A stretch of 64,000 nucleotides of DNA, from assembly GCA_003557865.1 (NCBI GenBank), contig PWNK01000013.1, positions 4,307 to 68,306 of the forward strand. The letters are read 5' to 3'. The stretch's first letter is position 1, and every line of letters begins with the position of its first letter. The DNA comes from Desulfonatronovibrio sp. GTDB taxonomy: Bacteria; Desulfobacterota; Desulfovibrionia; Desulfovibrionales; Desulfonatronovibrionaceae. Below are positions 41,353-50,093 of the stretch, in pieces. The translations under genes were made by a program, and so were the position numbers. Below the pieces are notes generated by a model. The model worked only from the letters and a program-made list of their open reading frames with translations. It searched no databases and was not told where the DNA came from.

Positions 41353-42672
41353 ATGGTATTGGGTTTTTTCAGTAAAATAAAAAAATTATGGCAGAAAGAA
41401 AGTTCTCCACCTGAAACTGCGCCTCGTACAGCCCGGGATGAGCCGGCATCAGTTGCCGCAGCGCATCCTGATGACCAGCAATGGAAAATAAGGCTCAGAA
41501 AATCTCTGGCCCTGGCCGAACCAAGGCTCAGTGTATGGCTTGAGCACCTTCTACAAGGAATCGACAAAAAAGGCGAACCTCTGTGGGAAAGGCTTTCTTT
41601 TCTTCTGGAGGCCCTGGAAGTCCCGGATTCTGAAGCGAGAAAGTTCGTCAGCTCTTTTTCCGCCTGGCTTGATGACATGGGTTATGTCCATCTGGAAGAG
41701 TTCAGATCGGAGCTGCAGTACAGAATGGCTCTGGCTCTTGATCTTGAAGACGAAGAAGATGAACGGGACAGGCTTTTCCTCAAACTTTCTCAAGGACTTT
41801 CCAAAACCAAAGATCAGCTTTCAAGGCGAATAGACCAGCTCCTGAGCACCAGCAGCAAATACGATGACGCCTTCTGGGAAGAACTGGAGGAGATACTGAT
41901 CATGGCTGATGTCGGTTACCAGACCACGTCAGAACTTCTGGCAAGGCTGAGACCCAGTGTCGCGAACCTTGAACAGGGTGACCCCCAAAAGTTCAAAGAA
42001 CTGCTGATGCAGGAGATGGCCGCCGTTTTTCCGACTCCACCCAAAAAGATCTCCCCGCCCCCCCCTGAAGTGCTTTTGATCATAGGTGTAAACGGGGTTG
42101 GCAAGACTACCACCATTGCCAAGCTTGCCTACAGATACAGGATGAAGGGTAAAAAGGTCCTGGTTGTTGCAGGCGATACTTTTCGGGCGGCGGCCATAGA
42201 ACAGCTGGGAATCTGGTCCAGGCGCACAGGTTCAGGTTTTTTTGCCAGGGACCGCGGAGCTGATCCCGCTTCCGTGGCCTATGAAGCCCTGGACAGGGCC
42301 GCAGCTGAAAATTATGAAACCGTACTCGTGGATACTGCTGGAAGACTGCACACCAAAGTCGACCTTATGCAGGAACTCAAAAAAATAAAATCGGTCATGG
42401 CCAAAAAAATGCCCGGAGCGCCCCATAAAACCATACTTGTCCTGGACGCCACAACCGGTCAGAACGCTCTTTCCCAGACCGAGCTCTTTGGAAAGGAAAT
42501 CAACATAGACGAAATAATTATGACCAAGCTTGACGGAACAGCCAAGGGAGGAGTAATTGCCTCCATAGCGCTGCAATATAAAATCCCCATAACCTTTATC
42601 GGGTTAGGGGAAAAAATGGAAGATTTACGTCCTTTTGATGGACAAAGCTTTGCCAAGGCTTTATTGGGGTAG
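41353..42672 (+). CDS. ftsY: Signal recognition particle receptor
   Basis: GVNGVGKTTT, DTFRAAA, DTAGR, DATTGQN, TKLDGTAKGG. Confidence 0.96.
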   Translation: MVLGFFSKIKKLWQKESSPPETAPRTARDEPASVAAAHPDDQQWKIRLRKSLALAEPRLSVWLEHLLQGIDKKGEPLWERLSFLLEALEVPDSEARKFVSSFSAWLDDMGYVHLEEFRSELQYRMALALDLEDEEDERDRLFLKLSQGLSKTKDQLSRRIDQLLSTSSKYDDAFWEELEEILIMADVGYQTTSELLARLRPSVANLEQGDPQKFKELLMQEMAAVFPTPPKKISPPPPEVLLIIGVNGVGKTTTIAKLAYRYRMKGKKVLVVAGDTFRAAAIEQLGIWSRRTGSGFFARDRGADPASVAYEALDRAAAENYETVLVDTAGRLHTKVDLMQELKKIKSVMAKKMPGAPHKTILVLDATTGQNALSQTELFGKEINIDEIIMTKLDGTAKGGVIASIALQYKIPITFIGLGEKMEDLRPFDGQSFAKALLG

Positions 42673-42757
42673 ACATCCGCCGAAAAAGCATTAATACAAC
42701 TAATAACTTTACATAAACTTTAAAATAGCCGGATTGATCACCGGAAGAGGCAAAATT

Positions 42758-43342
42758 ATGGCCAAAAACAAAAAAAACAAAATTATTGCTACTTCTACCA
42801 AGCTTTTTGCTGTTCAGGGATTCGACAACACCACCACACTCCAGATAGCCAAGGAGTCTGGAGTCACCGAACCTCTTCTCTACTATCATTTCAAAGGCAA
42901 AGAAGAAATCTTTACCGACATCATTCAGAGAATTTTTGACGAGTATTCCACCCTTTTTGAGACACTGCCCAAAGACACCCAGAATGAATTTGAAAAAATC
43001 AGCAACTTATTCAAACTGCATATCAGCCTGGCTGAGAGCAGGCCCCATGACGGAAGGCTGATCATGGCCAACTGTCCTTCAAAGCTGAAGAACGATCGTC
43101 ACATTTGCCAGGAAGTGGTCAACAGGCAGCATGAAATGATTACTTCCTACCTCAGGGAGGCCCTGGAAAAGGGAAATGCCAGCGGTGAATTCGACGCCCA
43201 CCCTGTAGAAGATCTGATCATTGTTATCCTCTGCCTCATAAACGGCATCTTGAGGAAAAAGCTGCTGGGAAAAAAGGAAGCCACTTCCTACGAGTTTTCC
43301 GCTATTGAATTTTGCCGCAGGGCTTTGATTCCCAATAAGTAG
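42758..43342 (+). CDS. TetR/AcrR family regulator
   Basis: LFAVQGFDNTTTLQIAKESGVTEPLLYYHFKGKE. Confidence 0.92.
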   Translation: MAKNKKNKIIATSTKLFAVQGFDNTTTLQIAKESGVTEPLLYYHFKGKEEIFTDIIQRIFDEYSTLFETLPKDTQNEFEKISNLFKLHISLAESRPHDGRLIMANCPSKLKNDRHICQEVVNRQHEMITSYLREALEKGNASGEFDAHPVEDLIIVILCLINGILRKKLLGKKEATSYEFSAIEFCRRALIPNK

Positions 43343-43368
43343 CCGGTTGTCCCGGTCTTTAAGCTGAC

Positions 43369-44634
43369 ATGGAGACGAGTGCGGTCATCCCCCTGGCCAA
43401 AATTCTATTCGTCTTTGTGGCCATGCTTTCAGGAATCAAATACCGGCTGGGAATCGGTCCGTCCATCCTCGCGGGAAGCGTTCTCACAGGTCTGCTCTTC
43501 GGCATTTCTCCTGAATTATGGATAGCAGCTGCTGCTTCCTCCCTTCTTGACCTGAAGCTTGTTCTGCTGGCACTTATAGTTACCCTGATCATGATTCTCA
43601 GCCGGATCATGGAAAACTCAGGGCAAAGCAGAAGGCTCATGGCAGAGCTTTCCGGGTTTCTGAAATGGCCCAGGTTGAAACTGGTCTTCTTCCCAGCTCT
43701 CATTGGGCTTTTGCCCATGCCCGGAGGCGCGGTCTTTTCGGCTCCCATGGTCAAGGACGCTGCCAGGGGGCATGATCTGAGCAGCAAGGACAAGATCCTT
43801 GTCAACTACTGGTTCAGACATGTCTGGGAACTCATCTGGCCTCTTTATCCCGGCCTTATCCTGGCCGCGCATTTTTCAGGAATACCTCTGGTTAAACTGC
43901 TCGGGTACACATGGCCAGGCTTGCTGGTGTGCCTGGTCCTGGGTTGGTTCTTCTATCTTTATCCCTTGAAAATTAATCCAGCTGAACCAGGCCCAAGTAC
44001 TGCCTTAAATCCCGGAAAAGCCTTTCTGCTTTCTCTTCCGCTGCTCATTGCCATTGCCGGTTCACTGGGTCTGGAAGCCCTGGTCTGGTATCTTGACACA
44101 GCCCTTGCTCCTGAAACAGGTCTTGTGGCCGGCCTTTTTCTGGCCATAATCGTCTGCGTCCGCCAGAACAGCTTCACCTTCAAACAGACCGCGGCCTTTC
44201 TGAAAGAAAGACATTTGTGGCAGATGGTCTTTGTGGTCCTGTCCATATTTATTTTCAAGGGCATTCTGGATGATGGGGGAATCGTCAGGGAGATATCAGG
44301 ATCAATAGCCGGACCATCGACTCTTCTGGCCGCCACGGTCATGCTTCCCATGCTTGTGGGCCTGATTTCCGGAATCACCATAGCCTTTGTGGGCTCAACC
44401 TTCCCTCTTATCCTGGGCATTGTCGACCAGCTGGGGATACAGGTAAACACCGCCTATGTAGTCCTGGGTCTTTTCTCCGGCTTTGCGGGGGTCATGGTCT
44501 CGCCCATTCACATCTGCTTTCTTCTGACCTGTGAATTCTTTCATGCCAACGTGGCCAGTGTCTGGCCAAGGCTGTTCGCACCCTGCCTCATCCTTTTTAT
44601 TTTCGGCCTGGGCTACTTTTACCTTCTCTCCTGA
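43369..44634 (+). CDS. DUF401-like multi-pass membrane protein
   Basis: PALIGLLPMPGGAVFSAP, NYWFRHVWE..WPLYPG, SPIHIC. Confidence 0.85.
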   Translation: METSAVIPLAKILFVFVAMLSGIKYRLGIGPSILAGSVLTGLLFGISPELWIAAAASSLLDLKLVLLALIVTLIMILSRIMENSGQSRRLMAELSGFLKWPRLKLVFFPALIGLLPMPGGAVFSAPMVKDAARGHDLSSKDKILVNYWFRHVWELIWPLYPGLILAAHFSGIPLVKLLGYTWPGLLVCLVLGWFFYLYPLKINPAEPGPSTALNPGKAFLLSLPLLIAIAGSLGLEALVWYLDTALAPETGLVAGLFLAIIVCVRQNSFTFKQTAAFLKERHLWQMVFVVLSIFIFKGILDDGGIVREISGSIAGPSTLLAATVMLPMLVGLISGITIAFVGSTFPLILGIVDQLGIQVNTAYVVLGLFSGFAGVMVSPIHICFLLTCEFFHANVASVWPRLFAPCLILFIFGLGYFYLLS

Positions 44635-44804
44635 AGCTTGAAAAATACAAAAAGCAGGATGGCTCCTGCGGGCCGGGTTCTCCCATCAAATCCTCCGGGC
44701 TCTGAGCGTTATTATGGTCATCGCCCTTTTGGGCAGTACCTTGGTCCTGGTCAATGAACCCCGCCTTGCCCGGAGTAATATCAAGACAGAACGACCTGCT
44801 CATC

Positions 44805-45485
44805 TCAAAAATAGCCAAGACTTCGCAAGACATCCAGGTTTTCTTCCTTCGTGCTGTCCCGGCCGGATCGCTCTCCCTGGCTGACGGGTTTCCGGGTACA
44901 CGGCACGCAGCCAAGGGATGTATAGCCATGGTCGTACAAAACGCAGTAAGGCAGGCCGTACTGGACGGTAAAAGCCCAGATATCCATCTCTGTCCAGTGC
45001 AGGATTGGATTTATCTGGTAGTAGAAAGGATCTGATTTTTCTTCAACCTGTTTTCTGCTTCGCCTGTCAGGATGTTCATCATTTCTTATTCCGGTTATCA
45101 ATGCCTTGATCTTCAGCTCCCTTACCGCCCGCTTCAAAGGCTTGATTTTTAAATCCGTACAGCACATGATCCTGTCCCGGGCGACAGGATAACTGTCCCT
45201 GTCCTTGTCCGGACGTATCACATGAACCTTGATGTCCCAGCTGGAGGCCAGTTCATCCCTGAACCTGATAATCTCCGGGAACTTGTGGCCGGTATCCAGG
45301 TTGACTGCCTCGGGCCTGCTGGTATAACTTTTCTTCTTTAAAAATTTAATCCAGAGATAAAGAATAACCGTGGAATCCTTGCCTCCGGTCCAGGCCACAT
45401 AGATATGCCTGTTTTCTGTTAAAGATAATGCCTTTTCCAAAACCGAATTGGTCAGATCAATCTTTTGCTCAAGGTTCATATCCAA
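44805..45485 (-). CDS. PAPS/APS reductase-CysD superfamily (PP-loop) protein
   Basis: WTGGKDS, DTG, CC, GIRNDE, NPILHW, GYTSLGCVPCT, ERSGR; RBS AGGAGG upstream. Confidence 0.88.
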   Translation of the reverse strand: MDMNLEQKIDLTNSVLEKALSLTENRHIYVAWTGGKDSTVILYLWIKFLKKKSYTSRPEAVNLDTGHKFPEIIRFRDELASSWDIKVHVIRPDKDRDSYPVARDRIMCCTDLKIKPLKRAVRELKIKALITGIRNDEHPDRRSRKQVEEKSDPFYYQINPILHWTEMDIWAFTVQYGLPYCVLYDHGYTSLGCVPCTRKPVSQGERSGRDSTKEENLDVLRSLGYF

Positions 45486-45519
45486 AAAAGAATACCTCCT
45501 GTTCCGGGATTATCCATAC

Positions 45520-45674
45520 CACTGCAGCGACACTTTATTTTATTTGAAGGGGACTGTCCGGCACCCACTTCAGCAGGAAATGTTTGCAGAAAGCCTGGGA
45601 AAAATCAGCTTAAGTGGGTGCCGGACTGTCCCCGGTGGTCAAGGCGATAATTCACACAAAGTGTCGCTGTAGTG
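45520..45674. mobile_element. Nested palindromic MITE-like element, copy C (shell 2 plus the rnpB-type core)
   Basis: CACTGCAGCGACACTTT / AAAGTGTCGCTGTAGTG; inner GGGGACTGTCCGGCACCCACTT...AAGTGGGTGCCGGACTGTCCCC. Confidence 0.88.
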
Positions 45675-45719
45675 ATACTTTGTTCATCCGTATAATAACC
45701 TGCTCCAGCTTTGCCTCTT

Positions 45720-46223
45720 ATGAAAGGAACATTGGTCTTCATACTCATTCTGTGCCTTGCGGCAACCTTTATTGCCTTTAAAAAAGATCCGCAACTGGCT
45801 CATGACGGTTTTATCCAGGGGCTGAGGATGCTCTGGAAAATCCTGCCCATTCTCATTCTTGCCTTTATCCTCGCCGGAATGATGGAAAAGATCATTCCCA
45901 GGGACTTCCTGGCGCAGGTCCTTGGCTGGGATTCAGGATTCAGGGGGCTTTTTCTGGGGACAATAGCCGGAGCTGCAATGCCTGGAGGACCCTTTGTTCT
46001 TTTCCCCATGATGGCCGTTCTGCTTAACGCCGGAGCAGGAATCGGACCCCTTGTAGCCTTTCTCAGCTCCTGGGCCCTGATCGGTCTGCACCGGGTCATC
46101 ATTTACGAAGCGCCCATAATGGGCTGGCAATTCACCCTGTGCAGGCTGGGAGCGAGCCTGGTCTTCCCTGTTATCATCGGCTACTTTTCCGACGTGATAT
46201 GGAGGATGTACGTAAGATACTGA
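45720..46223 (+). CDS. Small predicted permease (DUF318/ArsP-like half)
   Basis: Hydrophobic; GAAMPGGPFVLFP, GAGIGPLVAFL, EAPIMG. Confidence 0.75.
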   Translation: MKGTLVFILILCLAATFIAFKKDPQLAHDGFIQGLRMLWKILPILILAFILAGMMEKIIPRDFLAQVLGWDSGFRGLFLGTIAGAAMPGGPFVLFPMMAVLLNAGAGIGPLVAFLSSWALIGLHRVIIYEAPIMGWQFTLCRLGASLVFPVIIGYFSDVIWRMYVRY

Positions 46224-46250
46224 CCAGAAAAAACTTTACGGGAAACTATC

Positions 46251-46592
46251 ATGGCCAGATTCAACCTCGAAATATTCGTGCCTTACATGGAATGTCCATG
46301 CGGGCTGTCCAGTCCTGAGCAGGACAGGCAGGCCGAGAATTTTCAGACTGTCCTCCAGGCCCTTAAGGATAAATACAGGGAAGATATCTCCTATATGATC
46401 TTCGCCCTTAATCTTCATCTGCAGTCGTTCAGATCCAGGCCTGAACTGGCAGCGATTCTGCAGGAAGAGGGAAAAAAAGGCCTGCCTGTTGTTTTTATCA
46501 ACGGCAGGCAGGCATTCAAGGCCAGGTACCCTGGCCTGAATGAGCTGGAAGCGGCTTTATCCTCTGTTTATGAGAGTCATGAGCAGCCATGA
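46251..46592 (+). CDS. ArsD-like/thioredoxin-fold small protein
   Basis: EIFVPYMECPCG, GKKGLPVVFING, RYP; layout resembles ArsD. Confidence 0.6.
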   Translation: MARFNLEIFVPYMECPCGLSSPEQDRQAENFQTVLQALKDKYREDISYMIFALNLHLQSFRSRPELAAILQEEGKKGLPVVFINGRQAFKARYPGLNELEAALSSVYESHEQP

Positions 46593-47850
46593 CCTGATTG
46601 TCGTCGGAGGAGGTCCAGCGGGCCTGATGGCCGCGGGACAGGCGGCAGCGAGGGGATTAAAGGTTGTCCTTCTGGAAAAAAAACACCTGCCGGCCAGAAA
46701 GCTGGGGATTACCGGAAAAGGCCGCTGCAACCTGACTAATACAGCGCAGGTCAATGATTTCCTGCGTGCTTTCAAAGCAGGGGCAAACTTTATGCGCTTT
46801 GCCCTGGGCCGCTTCAGCAGCCGGGATCTCAGGCTATTTTTCCAGGATCTGGGTGTTGAAACCGTGGCCGAGAGAGGAGGAAGAGTTTTCCCGGCTGCCC
46901 AGGAGGCAGGGGTTGTTGTCAAGTCTCTTGTGCAGTGGGTGCAGCAACAGGGAGTTGAGATTAGAACCGAATCACCCGTAAAAAGGATCCTTTCTGAAAA
47001 GGGCCGGATAACCGGTGTCGCCCTCCAGGAGAAAAGCTGTCCTTACCGGTCAGGTCTAAAGGACAAAATTCTGGCGGCGAAAAATGTTGTCATCGCTACC
47101 GGCGGATCATCATATCCAGCCACAGGCTCTACCGGTGACGGCTACGCCCTGGCCGCGGATCTGGGCCATTCCATCACAGATGTTTATCCGGCCCTGGTTC
47201 CTCTGATCACAGCGGACGACACAGCTTTCAGGCTGCAGGGGCTCAGCCTGCGCAATGTTCTGGCCGAAATCTTCATCCAGGGCAGAAAAGAGGCACAGGA
47301 ATTCGGTGAAATGCTTTTTACCCATTTCGGGGTATCAGGTCCCATTATCCTGACCTTGAGCAAGGCCGCGGTTCAGGCCCTGAATCAGAATCTTGAGGTT
47401 ACCCTGTCCATAGATCTCAAGCCGGCTGTCAGCCACTCCCAGCTTAAACAGAGGATATCCAGGACCATGCATGCTCAGGGCAGAAAAAAACTGGTGAACA
47501 TCCTCAAGGATTTTCTGCCCCTGAAGATGATCCCGGTCTTTCTGGACAAATCCGGAATTGATCCTGACACTCCAGGCAGCATGGTCAGCGCCGCGGATCA
47601 GAAGAAACTGCGCCTGTGGTGCAAGGAACTGCGTCTGCGCATCAGCGGATACCGCTCCTTTCATGAAGCCATCATTACATCAGGCGGGGTAAGGCTGTCC
47701 CAAGTCAACCCCAGAACCATGGAATCAAGACTGATCAAGGGTCTTTTTTTTGCCGGTGAAGTCCTGGATATTGACGCGGATACTGGAGGATTCAATCTTC
47801 AGGGGGCATTTTCCACCGGCTGGGTGGCCGGCAACTCTGTACCCGCCTGA
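46579..47850 (+). CDS. HI0933/BaiN-like FAD-dependent oxidoreductase
   Basis: GGGPAG, GKGRCNLTN, GRVFP, ATGG.SYP.TGSTGDG, LFTHFGVSGP, GGFNLQ. Confidence 0.93.
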   Translation: MSSHDLIVVGGGPAGLMAAGQAAARGLKVVLLEKKHLPARKLGITGKGRCNLTNTAQVNDFLRAFKAGANFMRFALGRFSSRDLRLFFQDLGVETVAERGGRVFPAAQEAGVVVKSLVQWVQQQGVEIRTESPVKRILSEKGRITGVALQEKSCPYRSGLKDKILAAKNVVIATGGSSYPATGSTGDGYALAADLGHSITDVYPALVPLITADDTAFRLQGLSLRNVLAEIFIQGRKEAQEFGEMLFTHFGVSGPIILTLSKAAVQALNQNLEVTLSIDLKPAVSHSQLKQRISRTMHAQGRKKLVNILKDFLPLKMIPVFLDKSGIDPDTPGSMVSAADQKKLRLWCKELRLRISGYRSFHEAIITSGGVRLSQVNPRTMESRLIKGLFFAGEVLDIDADTGGFNLQGAFSTGWVAGNSVPA

Positions 47851-47993
47851 TGTCCTGACCTGCCCGGAGCTGAGGTTTCTCATTCTTGCCATGTTTGACC
47901 GTCGACCATGGCACCATATCTGCATAATAGATAGAGCAGTTGGTACTTATATCCCCATACCCTTTTACCTGCCAGAAAAACAGGCAAGCAGCC

Positions 47994-48692
47994 ATGGGAC
48001 ACACATCAATAATCTGCCTTCTAATCCTGCTGGTATTGCAGTTGGGTTCCGGATGCACATACATGGAATCCAGATTTGAACAGCGGGTGGAACCCCATCT
48101 GGATGAGATTCTGGTTTACCAGCGTCCAGTCCTGGACAGGTCAAGAAACGGGATCCATGTTTATCCGGTCAGCCGGGCGGCTCATGACTTGAAAGCCCTT
48201 TTTTTTCCTTTTTACGCCCATCCGGAAACAGGCGGAAATTACAACACCGGCAGAAGAATCGGACATACTTTCTGGCGAACATGGCTGGGACAGGAGGTAT
48301 TTCCAGTCATGCACTACCAGGACACTCAGGATTGGCCCGGCAGAAAAAAAGCCGGAGATCTGGCCAGAAAAATGGGTGCTGACCTTTATGTCATGGGGCA
48401 GGTCAGTCATTACCTGGGGGGAGGGACCCGGGGCACCACTTCCATTGCCCTGAAAGTCAATATTTTTTCGGCTCAGAACGACGATCTGATATGGTCCATG
48501 GAACATTCGGGACGAATTGATAACCGGGGAGAAATGGACTTTATCCTGATCAAAAGAAGGACCTGGATGCCTGAGTCTCCGGAATACGTCATTGTCAACA
48601 AACTGGCATATGATCTTGCTCAGCCGGTTAAAAACTGGGCAAGAGGGACTATTCCCGACCATGCCCTGACAAGACCCGGACCCGGCTACTGA
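47994..48692 (+). CDS. Putative lipoprotein
   Basis: Hydrophobic leader with lipobox LGSG-C. Confidence 0.7.
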   Translation: MGHTSIICLLILLVLQLGSGCTYMESRFEQRVEPHLDEILVYQRPVLDRSRNGIHVYPVSRAAHDLKALFFPFYAHPETGGNYNTGRRIGHTFWRTWLGQEVFPVMHYQDTQDWPGRKKAGDLARKMGADLYVMGQVSHYLGGGTRGTTSIALKVNIFSAQNDDLIWSMEHSGRIDNRGEMDFILIKRRTWMPESPEYVIVNKLAYDLAQPVKNWARGTIPDHALTRPGPGY

Positions 48693-49831
48693 CCTGAAAA
48701 AGACTGGTCTCCCTCAAGCTCCATCCTGGTGGAAAGAAAGGCCATGATATCCTTAAGGGAAATAATGCCCTTGAGCTCCCCATCCTGGACCACCATCAAT
48801 CTGCTCAGGCCGTTGCTGTTCATCTTTGCCAGGACCTTAACCACATCCTCATCAGGACTTACGGTGTTCTCCAGGGAACACTGCTTCATAATATCCCGGA
48901 CCATTATTTCAGGCCAGTTTTCACGTTCGATTTCGCCTATCTGCCTGGTGGTAACGCACCCCTTAAGAGCATCCCCTTCCCGGACCGGAAACATTTTATA
49001 GTGATGCCTGTAGACGTAATCCTCGACCATTTCCCTGAGACTGATATCCCCTGGAACATATACAGGCTTTTTCATCAGGTTCCTGACTGATTCCCCTTCC
49101 AGGGACTGCCTGATCATCAGCTGCCGGTATGAATTCTGAGCCACAAAACGGATAAACATCCCGATAATAAAGTACCACAGGCCTCCCACCAGGTTACCGG
49201 TGAAAATGTTCAACAGTCCCAGCCCCATGAGCACAAATCCGAAAATGGACCCCATATTGGCCGCGGTCTGCGTGGCCCAGCGCAGGTCCTTTTTCAGATG
49301 CCACAGCGCAGCCCTGAGAATCCTTCCCCCGTCCATGGGAAAGGCTGGAATAAGATTAAATATGGCCAGGATCAGGTTGATCAGAGCAAGATACATGAAA
49401 ACCGCGGTAATCCCCTGCCCGGTTTCCAGGGTTATGAACAGATTGTAGACCAGATAAAAGGCTGCAGCCAGAAACAGGCTTGCCAGGGGACCGGCAACGG
49501 CTATCCAGAATTCGCTCTTGGGAGTCCTGGGATCTTCTTCCATTTCAGCCACCCCGCCAAAGACAAAGAGGGTGATCCCCCTGATGGGCACTCCCATCTT
49601 TCTGGCCACGTAAGAATGCCAGAACTCATGAAAGATAATGGAGAAAAAGAGCCCCAGAGCCCCGATCACGGCCAGCATCCAGTAATCCGCCGCACTCAGG
49701 CCTTCAAGATAGTGGGGGAAAAAGCCCACCGCCAGAGACCAGGTGACAATCAAAGCGATAATAAACCAGCTGATGTCAATTTTGATCTGAAAACCAAAGA
49801 CCTTGATCAGGTTGATGCTTTTGCCGAACAT
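48686..49831 (-). CDS. Site-2 protease (M50) with CBS domains
   Basis: HEFWH, AGP, FNLIPAFPMDGGR, two CBS domains. Confidence 0.93.
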   Translation of the reverse strand: MFGKSINLIKVFGFQIKIDISWFIIALIVTWSLAVGFFPHYLEGLSAADYWMLAVIGALGLFFSIIFHEFWHSYVARKMGVPIRGITLFVFGGVAEMEEDPRTPKSEFWIAVAGPLASLFLAAAFYLVYNLFITLETGQGITAVFMYLALINLILAIFNLIPAFPMDGGRILRAALWHLKKDLRWATQTAANMGSIFGFVLMGLGLLNIFTGNLVGGLWYFIIGMFIRFVAQNSYRQLMIRQSLEGESVRNLMKKPVYVPGDISLREMVEDYVYRHHYKMFPVREGDALKGCVTTRQIGEIERENWPEIMVRDIMKQCSLENTVSPDEDVVKVLAKMNSNGLSRLMVVQDGELKGIISLKDIMAFLSTRMELEGDQSFSGQ

Positions 49832-49941
49832 TGCCAGCCTCCATGGTAAGGATTACTTGGAAGTATTGACCATCGTTTTTGTCTAGCCCCATTATTTGAG
49901 GCAAACCAAGGTTATGGTGATTAATTACGATTACTTCTGTC

Positions 49942-50087
49942 GTATCTGTTTAGAGCTGTGCATGTGGCACGGGGACTGGCTCTTCCGGGACACACTTGTC
50001 CCAAATATGAGATTTTTTAAGCCCAAAATGATGCTTAAGTGGGTGCCGGACTGTCCCCTGCTTTCCTCAAGAGCGCTAAACAGATAC
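49942..50087. mobile_element. Nested palindromic MITE-like element, copy D (shell 1) with a perfect 8-bp target-site duplication
   Basis: TIR GTATCTGTTTAG / CTAAACAGATAC; CTTCTGTC at 49934..49941 and 50088..50095; inner GGGGACTGGCTC...AAGTGGGTGCCGGACTGTCCCC. Confidence 0.9.
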
Positions 50088-50093
50088 CTTCTG

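Noticed and set aside
45448-45672. Short ORFs across element C, and 29922..30161 and 52466..52699 across elements E and F
   Set aside because: They are translations of the palindromic repeats, without RBS or protein-like features.
47038-47066. Small hairpin TGTCCTT...AAGGACA in a loop insertion of the HI0933 flavoprotein
   Set aside because: A 7-bp stem is too short to distinguish from chance, and it does not clearly match the repeat modules.
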